Below are positions 57,611 to 64,000 of a DNA stretch of 64,000 bases, piece after piece. Position 1 is the first letter of the stretch. Every line of letters begins with the position of its first letter. Made by a program: the position numbers and the translations under genes. Source of the stretch: Candidatus Levyibacteriota bacterium (lineage in GTDB: Bacteria > Patescibacteriota > Microgenomatia > Levybacterales > UBA12049); contig CAVRKE010000002.1 in assembly GCA_963722305.1 (NCBI GenBank), positions 447,649 to 511,648 on the forward strand, written 5' to 3'. Below the pieces are notes generated by a model. That model made no database searches and was not told the DNA's origin. It saw nothing but the letters and a program-made list of their open reading frames with translations.

Positions 57611-58717
57611 ATGAAGATTACTTTTCTTTCCGATAATTTACAAAATAAAATTTCCTTTTTAAACCATGCGGTTTCGGTAAGGGGACAATTGCCTATTTTG
57701 TCTAACTTTCTTTTAGAAGCCAAAAAAGGCAAATTAACCATTAGTGCCACCGATTTGGAAATTGGTATTTCTTCCAGTCTTCCCGTCAATATTGAAAAAG
57801 AAGGCAATATTACTATTCCGGCCAAAAATTTTTCCGACCTTTTGGGAAATATTGTTAACCAAAAAATAACTCTTACTCTTGATGGTGAAACTTTAAACCT
57901 ATCCGGAGAAAAAATAAAAGCCTCTTTCCAAACCATGCCGGCAGTGGACTTCCCCAAACTTTACGAAGAAAAAGGCGAAGAAATTGTCGAGATAAAAAAA
58001 ACCGAGATTGAAAAATATATTTCCAGAATTGCTTTTTCTGCAGCCATCGACAGTTCCAGACCGGCTCTTTCCGGAGTTTTACTAGAGAAAGACAACCAGC
58101 AGGTTATTTTAGTTGCCACCGATGGATACAGGCTTTCCTTACAGAAAAACGTTTTTAAGACCAAGGAGGGGCTTAAGAAGCCACTCATAGTTCCCGCAAG
58201 GATAGTCAAAGAATTATTGTCAATCAAAGAGGACGGCGATGATGTCAAAATTTTTGTTTCCGAAAAAAATAACCAGGTCATGTTTTTGCAAAACGAAACC
58301 ATTCTGGTCGGAAGATTAATTGAGGCGGAGTACCCGGATTATGAAAAAATAATCCCCAGCGAATTTGCAACCAAAATAGAAGTGGATAAAGACGCACTGC
58401 ATAATGCGATTAGAATTTGTTCTGTTTTTGCCAGAGAAACAGCCAATATTGTGAAGTTTACAATTGAAAAAAGTAAAATAATTGTTTCCGCCAACTCCCC
58501 TTCGGTGGGGGAAGACACGGTTGAGTTAGACGCCAAAACCAGCGGTGAAGAAAACGAAATTGCCTTTAATGCCAAATACCTACTTGATCTCTTGTCTGCC
58601 CTTGAGGAAGAAGATTTGATTTTTGAAATGAATGGCCCGTTAAATCCCGGGGTATTTAAAATAAAAGGGGACGATACTTTTCTTCATTTAATCATGCCAA
58701 TCCGGGTGCAAGGGTAG
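57611..58717 (+). CDS. dnaN: DNA polymerase III beta sliding clamp.
   Basis: 368 aa, three-domain clamp. MKITFLSDNLQNKISFLNHAVS.... Confidence 0.9.
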   Translation: MKITFLSDNLQNKISFLNHAVSVRGQLPILSNFLLEAKKGKLTISATDLEIGISSSLPVNIEKEGNITIPAKNFSDLLGNIVNQKITLTLDGETLNLSGEKIKASFQTMPAVDFPKLYEEKGEEIVEIKKTEIEKYISRIAFSAAIDSSRPALSGVLLEKDNQQVILVATDGYRLSLQKNVFKTKEGLKKPLIVPARIVKELLSIKEDGDDVKIFVSEKNNQVMFLQNETILVGRLIEAEYPDYEKIIPSEFATKIEVDKDALHNAIRICSVFARETANIVKFTIEKSKIIVSANSPSVGEDTVELDAKTSGEENEIAFNAKYLLDLLSALEEEDLIFEMNGPLNPGVFKIKGDDTFLHLIMPIRVQG

Positions 58718-59404
58718 TTACCGAGAAGAAACATTCCACTCAATATTAAAAGAATTAGATTTTACCCCAATATTAGCTAATGCTGTTAAAACTTTTGTTT
58801 TTAAGGCGTTATATTGTGCTTGAGCATAACCCTTAGGAAGATAAAGATAGACAAAGAAGGAATTTTTTGGCGTATTAAAGCCGACAAAATAATCATTAGT
58901 TGAAATTGGGATTTGATAATACCAAGGATTTTTGGCATAGAAATCCTGCATGGCATTTTTAAGCAAATTATCGTTTTTCCCTTGAATTAACATTTGATCT
59001 TGCTCGGAAACAGCACTTTCAAGCACTGTTGAGAAAGACCAACTGTAGGATTGGTTACGATAATTAACCAGTACGGTGTATTTGGTGTTGGGGGCAAGCG
59101 CAACGTTGTTCTTGTAAACTATTTTGGTGCTATCCACTGACCAAACGCTGGCACCATCAACCTCTGGGTTTATGGAGAGGATAACGAGTTTTTTCTCAGA
59201 GTCGGACAAGGGTCTTGAAAATGTTACAGAGATTTCCAGGAAAAGATTATTAATTGAGTTTACCTGAGGAGAAACACTTTTAATATTATAAGTGCCAATC
59301 CCTAAAATACTTAACAAAACAACCACGATTAAGAAAACGCCAAGAATAGCTAAAACCAAGATGGCGGAAATAGATAACAAATGGTTTTGAATAATATTTT
59401 TCAT
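58718..59404 (-). CDS. Membrane-anchored extracytoplasmic protein, hypothetical. Part of the T4SS-like cluster.
   Basis: 228 aa with an N-terminal TM (ILVLAILGVFLIVVVLLSILGIG). Confidence 0.4.
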   Translation of the reverse strand: MKNIIQNHLLSISAILVLAILGVFLIVVVLLSILGIGTYNIKSVSPQVNSINNLFLEISVTFSRPLSDSEKKLVILSINPEVDGASVWSVDSTKIVYKNNVALAPNTKYTVLVNYRNQSYSWSFSTVLESAVSEQDQMLIQGKNDNLLKNAMQDFYAKNPWYYQIPISTNDYFVGFNTPKNSFFVYLYLPKGYAQAQYNALKTKVLTALANIGVKSNSFNIEWNVSSR

Positions 59405-61162
59405 TTAATGTGCCAAGCCAAACCACAACCCATTAACATCGCCTTTCCAGGGCCAAGATACCACCTGATTCCCTTGAATTGAATACTTTGGATAATCTCC
59501 AGGCCCTAAAGGCGTGTTGGCATCAATCGTTGTCATGCTTCCAACACCGTTAGTGACATTGATAGTGTAAACGATGTCGACGTGAACATCAATCACGTCC
59601 CTGCAGATTGTGGCAAAAGAAGTGCCGGCAGGAGCCTGCTCTGTTAGCCAAAAAACAACATCACCGGGACGAACATTGGTGACATCGGCTGATTCTTGAA
59701 CATGATAGCCGGCAATTGCCGCCCACTGTTCTATCTGGTGACAAACGCGTGAGCTGGTTGGCCCGGGAACCCCGGCCAATTTATAGGCGTCTCTAACTAG
59801 GTATGTACAAAAATATGTCCCCCCACCGCAACCACTACATGTTCCCACCGCGGTCTTTGTGGCATAGCCATTATTACTAAATGTGGTACTTAATTTATTA
59901 TACATATCGTCACATCCAAGGACGGGATTTCCATTACTATCGTAAACACGACAGTTATAGTCACAACAGTGGCCCCTGGTGGTTAAGGCGCTGTTAATAA
60001 GTTTTGCCCAATCAATGACATTATTCCCTCCACTAGCTGGCGTTGGGGTTGGTGTCGCTCCGCCACTACCTCCACCTCCCAGGTCTGCTACTGGCGCTCC
60101 TGCGCCCATCAGGACAATAGTGAGGAGAAGAAGAATGATGATAATAATAACCGGGAGGAAGGACATTAGGCCTGGTGAAAATAAGTTCCCTAAAGGTAAA
60201 GGCAGTTTTGGCCGCCGAATTGGCCTAGAAATGTGGAAAATTGATCTAATATTAGGGGGGTTAGGGACAGCAGCGGCCGGGGAAGAAACCTTGCCGCCTC
60301 TTAATCTTTGATTTACAGATTGGTTGACCCTAAAACGCAAGGAATTTTTTCGACGCTCATTATCAAAAGCCATGGCCCTAAGTAAAGGCCCATTGGTGGT
60401 GTTTTTAGATATCCATTCCGCGACCTGTCTATTTTTTTGGACATAGTAGTTATAATAGTCTTGAATAGCATTTCTGGATACGGCCAGGTCACTGCTTTTC
60501 CCTCCCAGAATTCGATTGGAGATCAGCACTTTTCGTCTAGCGTAAACTTTGGCTTGTTGGTCAAGATTTTGCCTTAAAATAGCATTGTCTCTTTCGATCG
60601 CCTTGGCAAGGAAGCTGTTCTGGGGAGACCCATCGGCAATCTTGTGGGCATTCACCCGGTGCCCGCTGGCATAGTTGTTGTAGAATTGTTGATGTGCCTC
60701 ATCATAGGCGGCAGCATATTTTACCTCGTCTTTCCTAAATTTTCTTGCCTGTTTCTTGGCACTTTTATCAGCCGCCTTTTCTAAATCTTTTTCTGTGTAA
60801 TCGTCAGGTTTTTTACTAAACATGGAGAGTAAGATTATCGGAGCAGCGGCTAAGCCGCCCGTTGCCCCGATATTTGCACTGCTGGTGGGGTTGGTGGTTG
60901 GTTGAGGAGCCGGTGGATTTGCTTCCGGAATAAGAGTGTCTAGGGGAACATCTCCAAGACCAAGATAGTCATCGCGGGCCTTAACCAGTCCGGCCGAGTC
61001 CGAATAGCCCAATTTTTCAAGAGTAGTTACGAGTTGATCCGGTGGATTAGTCAAAAGAGCACTTCTAATGCCCGCATTGTTTTCGCTTTTATATAAATCC
61101 AGGATTTGTTTAAAGCGCTCTGCGCTTTCGATTCTCGCGTTTTTGTCTTGGTCGTTTGCCAT
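59405..61162 (-). CDS. Membrane-anchored protein with a C-terminal CHAP-domain peptidoglycan hydrolase (T4SS/conjugation-type lytic enzyme).
   Basis: TM helix (FLPVIIIIILLLLTIVLMGAG), Gly-rich linker, then a CHAP signature: Cys in ...GTYFCTYLVRDAYKLAG..., ...PGDVVFW... and His in ...DVHVDIVY... . Confidence 0.55.
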   Translation of the reverse strand: MANDQDKNARIESAERFKQILDLYKSENNAGIRSALLTNPPDQLVTTLEKLGYSDSAGLVKARDDYLGLGDVPLDTLIPEANPPAPQPTTNPTSSANIGATGGLAAAPIILLSMFSKKPDDYTEKDLEKAADKSAKKQARKFRKDEVKYAAAYDEAHQQFYNNYASGHRVNAHKIADGSPQNSFLAKAIERDNAILRQNLDQQAKVYARRKVLISNRILGGKSSDLAVSRNAIQDYYNYYVQKNRQVAEWISKNTTNGPLLRAMAFDNERRKNSLRFRVNQSVNQRLRGGKVSSPAAAVPNPPNIRSIFHISRPIRRPKLPLPLGNLFSPGLMSFLPVIIIIILLLLTIVLMGAGAPVADLGGGGSGGATPTPTPASGGNNVIDWAKLINSALTTRGHCCDYNCRVYDSNGNPVLGCDDMYNKLSTTFSNNGYATKTAVGTCSGCGGGTYFCTYLVRDAYKLAGVPGPTSSRVCHQIEQWAAIAGYHVQESADVTNVRPGDVVFWLTEQAPAGTSFATICRDVIDVHVDIVYTINVTNGVGSMTTIDANTPLGPGDYPKYSIQGNQVVSWPWKGDVNGLWFGLAH

Positions 61163-61180
61163 GGTTTTAAGTTAATAATA

Positions 61181-63064
61181 TCAGGTTTTAAGCTTGACGT
61201 TTGTTGGCTTAATGGTTGGTTTTGCTTTAGGGCTGGCGGGTGGTTGGGATAATGTTGGAGAGAGAGTTTCCACGGGAGCTTTCTGGCTATTTTGGGCTTT
61301 TAACTTTTCTTCAGGGTTGGAAGTAATCATGGTGTGTTCATGAGGAGCGGCAATAATTTTCATGGCGACGTGGCTTTGGCCGGCAAAAAACAAACCTTCG
61401 CCAACATTTGCCGACAGCAGCAATTGTTTTTCTCCGGCGGTTAGATAAAAAATCTTCACCACCAAGTCAACCTCCGACGGGCTTTGTTTTAAAAGCATTT
61501 GGATGGAAGAGTTGGACAAAACAGCTTTTCCGTAGTCGGTGGACAAGAAGTCCTGGACATCCTGGGTAGCGGTGGTTAAGGCCAGATAATATTTTCTTGA
61601 ACGTTTGGCAATGCTATAGACAAACGAGGCGGAGTCTTCGTATTTCATCATGTACCAAGCTTCGTCCAAAACCAGCAATCTTTTTTTAAAGGTTTTTCTA
61701 ACCTTAGTCCAGACAAAATCCAAAATAATGTGCATGGCAATCGGCCTTAACTCTTCTTCCAAGGCTTGAACGTTAAAAGTAGTGAACGGGTTTTTAATAT
61801 CAAAGTTGGATTGTTGGTTGAAGATGCCCATTAAACTGCCTTTAATAAACTTTTCCAATCTTAAAGCCAGTTCTTTGGCTTGCGTGTCCTCCATGCCTAA
61901 AAGCACTTTATATAAATCTTCCATCAGCGGCGGTTGGTTTTTTTGCGTTGCCGGGTCAATCGTAATTCCCTTTGAGCGGTAGGTTTCGACCAGGGCGCGG
62001 TCGAGTATTGCATCCTGTGATGGGTCAAGCTCGCCCATGATAATTTTTAGAACACCATGCAGGGAAAGCACTTTTAGACCCAATTCATTTTCCCCCTCTT
62101 CATAAAAGCCCGAAAGGTCAAAAGGGTTAATTTTTATGGAAGACGAGGGAGTGAAAGCTACTTCTTCTCCGCCCATGGCGGAGGTTAGGGCGGTGTATTC
62201 ACCTTCGGGGTCGATAATAACTACTTCCGTACCAAACATAAATTGCCGCATCGCCTCCAGTTTTATTAAGTATGATTTTCCGGAGCCGGATTTGCCAAAA
62301 ACTACTTCGTTGGCATTTTCCAGGGAAAAACGGTCGAAAATAATCAGTGAGCCGTTTTGTTGGTTGATGCCGTACATAATTCCTTTGTCTTGTGCCAGCA
62401 TTGCTGAAGTAAACGGAAAGGTTGACGCCAGAGAGGTGGTGTCCATATTGCGGGTGATAAACAGTTTGTCCTGGCCAATCGGAATGGTCGATTTAAAGCC
62501 GTCTTCCATTTGTAAGGTTGCGGTTTTGGGCATGATTAAAATTGAATTAAGAACGGTGGTTAACCTTTTGGCAGCCTCGTTTAAGTCTTTTAGATTATCG
62601 GAGGATAAAGTGGCATACAGACTTAACTGAAAAAATCTTTCCATGCCTTTGGCCAGTTCCTCCTGCACCGAAAGCGCATCTTCGAGCGAGGCACTGACTT
62701 TGGGGTCTAATTCTAAGCCTTCTTCTTCCTGGGAAGCAATAGTTGCTTCCATTTCGGCAATCTTTCTTCTTAAATCCGATAAAACATCGACTGATTGAGT
62801 AGGGTAAATAAACATTGCGACACTCATGGAGTGGTCAAATTCAACCAGCGGCTGGAGCCAATTTGGAGAGACATATCTTGGATAACCGACTACAAATAAA
62901 GTCTTGTAATACTTCTCGCCAACCCTAATATTATTAAAGTCAACCTCAACCGATGACGGTGCAATCATGTCAGGGAGAGAAACCATGCCGCTTTGGACCG
63001 TCTTTACGGAAGCAGTAGCCGAAAGAGCAACCGGCTTTGTTGGCGCTTTTTTAAACCCCAGCAT
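61181..63064 (-). CDS. VirB4/TrbE/CagE-family conjugation (T4SS) ATPase, C-terminal two-thirds.
   Basis: Walker A GKSGSGKS, IIDPEGEY motif and Walker B LLVLDEAW. The N-terminus continues in another frame (see 63051-63725). Confidence 0.8.
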   Translation of the reverse strand: MLGFKKAPTKPVALSATASVKTVQSGMVSLPDMIAPSSVEVDFNNIRVGEKYYKTLFVVGYPRYVSPNWLQPLVEFDHSMSVAMFIYPTQSVDVLSDLRRKIAEMEATIASQEEEGLELDPKVSASLEDALSVQEELAKGMERFFQLSLYATLSSDNLKDLNEAAKRLTTVLNSILIMPKTATLQMEDGFKSTIPIGQDKLFITRNMDTTSLASTFPFTSAMLAQDKGIMYGINQQNGSLIIFDRFSLENANEVVFGKSGSGKSYLIKLEAMRQFMFGTEVVIIDPEGEYTALTSAMGGEEVAFTPSSSIKINPFDLSGFYEEGENELGLKVLSLHGVLKIIMGELDPSQDAILDRALVETYRSKGITIDPATQKNQPPLMEDLYKVLLGMEDTQAKELALRLEKFIKGSLMGIFNQQSNFDIKNPFTTFNVQALEEELRPIAMHIILDFVWTKVRKTFKKRLLVLDEAWYMMKYEDSASFVYSIAKRSRKYYLALTTATQDVQDFLSTDYGKAVLSNSSIQMLLKQSPSEVDLVVKIFYLTAGEKQLLLSANVGEGLFFAGQSHVAMKIIAAPHEHTMITSNPEEKLKAQNSQKAPVETLSPTLSQPPASPKAKPTIKPTNVKLKT

Positions 63065-63725
63065 TATTGCCCTCCCTTCCCAAAGTGATTGGTCTTGTCA
63101 TAGTTGTTGTTTGTTGGTGGTCAATGCTCTCGTGATTAAAAATGTCATAGAAAAGTCTGGTCAAATCTTCTTTAGTGAGCGTTTCCGCTTTAAGGCCGAT
63201 TCTATCCAGTTGGGAATGAAGGGATTCTGTTTTTGAATGAAGCGATGTTTTTGCGCCTAAAACAAAACTGCTGTCTGCAGATGCCGGCCCAACCGCTTCT
63301 TTGGCTCCGACAATCCCTTTCTCAAGCGAGGAATAAGAAATAACGAGGTAGAATTTCTTATCCAGAACAGTATTTACTTTAACCAATTCTTGGACGAAAT
63401 TTTGGTATAAAGCCATTTGCTTTGCCAAAGAAGAATTTTGTGTTTTAGCCCTTTCTTCGTCGAGCAGCTTAAGGTAAGAAGAAACATCAAGCCTTTTGCT
63501 GCGGATAACAATTTGGATGGCAAAAGACAGAGAGTTCAAAAGTGCCGCATAAGCATAAATCTTGGCATCTTGTTCTTCTGCGGAGAGTAGGGCGAAATTA
63601 GTCGCCTTAACCTCAATTACGCTGCAAGCATAGCCTCCGGAAAGAATAACAACATCGTCAACAATATCGACAATCTCAATGAATTTTTGAGTGGGCGCCG
63701 CATTTCTTTGGACAGTTCTAGCCAT
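63051..63725 (-). CDS. VirB4-family ATPase, N-terminal domain. A separate ORF overlapping the downstream part by 14 nt, either a frameshifted gene or a genuine split.
   Basis: ...GGYACSVIEVKATNFALLSAEEQDAKIYAYAALLNSLSFAIQIVIRSKRLD... matches the VirB4 N-terminal pattern. The frame change is near the G-rich tract at about 63075-63095. Confidence 0.65.
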   Translation of the reverse strand: MARTVQRNAAPTQKFIEIVDIVDDVVILSGGYACSVIEVKATNFALLSAEEQDAKIYAYAALLNSLSFAIQIVIRSKRLDVSSYLKLLDEERAKTQNSSLAKQMALYQNFVQELVKVNTVLDKKFYLVISYSSLEKGIVGAKEAVGPASADSSFVLGAKTSLHSKTESLHSQLDRIGLKAETLTKEDLTRLFYDIFNHESIDHQQTTTMTRPITLGREGNNAGV

Positions 63726-63726
63726 G

Positions 63727-64000
63727 TTAATTAAAAAGCGTCCTCCTTAGCTCTTCTCGTGTGTCAACCGAAATAACTTCAATCGGTAAGATAATTTGCC
63801 CACCTGCCTTAAAAGAAACGGTATCAAATTTATTTTGTTCGCGCGGGTCTTCAAACTCAATGCTGTAATCGCCATTAACCAGCGGAGTAGCTGAGGCAAA
63901 TTGTCCAAGCGCATTGGTTTTAAAAGCTCTTACCGCATTGCCCTGCTCGTTTTTTACCTCGACCAGAATATTGGGTAAAGGATTTCCGCGCGGGTCTTTG
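63727..64000 (-). CDS. Hypothetical protein, C-terminal part only (N-terminus beyond the right edge). Ig-like / carboxypeptidase-regulatory-like beta domain.
   Basis: Reverse translation gives ...PLPNILVEVKNEQGNAVRAFKTNALGQFASATPLVNGDYSIEFEDPREQ..., then a stop at about 63727. Confidence 0.35.
   Translation of the reverse strand, partial: KDPRGNPLPNILVEVKNEQGNAVRAFKTNALGQFASATPLVNGDYSIEFEDPREQNKFDTVSFKAGGQIILPIEVISVDTREELRRTLFN

Noticed and set aside
57499-57957. 152-aa minus-strand ORF spanning the dnaA-dnaN intergenic region.
   Set aside because: It overlaps the DnaA-box cluster and the 5' end of dnaN on the opposite strand. No RBS. Spurious.

Overview
This 64 kb window reads as a low-GC, small-genome bacterial chromosome segment. 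A Patescibacteria/CPR-like source is an inference from gene content; the standard code (11) reads cleanly. It splits into three parts. (1) 1-26 kb is AT-rich accessory DNA. It starts with part of an integrative element running in from the left edge (large serine recombinase, excisionase-family HTH, possible replication protein, SpoVG-like protein, secreted HExxH protein). Next come two perfect ~1 kb direct repeats bracketing an EamA transporter gene. Then 8.7-21.1 kb is an IS-dense stretch (graveyard) with six IS copies from four families: one IS1595/IS1-like element with a 9-bp TSD, two copies of an IS3-family element, and three copies of two related IS110-family elements. Both IS3 copies sit inside IS110 elements. 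This part also encodes NUDIX and GNAT proteins, VanY- and VanX-like M15 peptidases, and a YhhQ-type transporter. (2) 26-58 kb is a conserved housekeeping backbone: coaBC, dnaG-rpoD, purA-purB, guaA-guaB (plus an IS481-family insertion), yifB/comM, ruvCAB, L25, a short-form valS, a DUF4012/flippase/O-antigen-ligase-like surface-glycan cluster, rnhA, and the origin region jag-yidC-yidD-rnpA-rpmH | dnaA-[DnaA boxes]-dnaN. (3) 58.7-64 kb holds a conjugation/T4SS-like fragment: a CHAP peptidoglycan hydrolase and a VirB4-like ATPase split across two frames. The most interesting signal is in the IS110 elements. Each has a ~255-267 nt non-coding left end whose short segments match its own insertion-site flanks and its own right end. 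These segments change in step between the two elements. That is the signature of IS110 bridge/seek guide RNAs. Both elements insert into a conserved promoter-proximal intergenic module (GGTTCTAACGTCGTC...CTCGGAGC...GCCTC...TGATATAAT) that recurs at least 10 times in the window. No rRNA, tRNA or CRISPR array was found. IS and repeat coordinates are anchored to ORF-track positions where possible and are otherwise approximate to a few bp.
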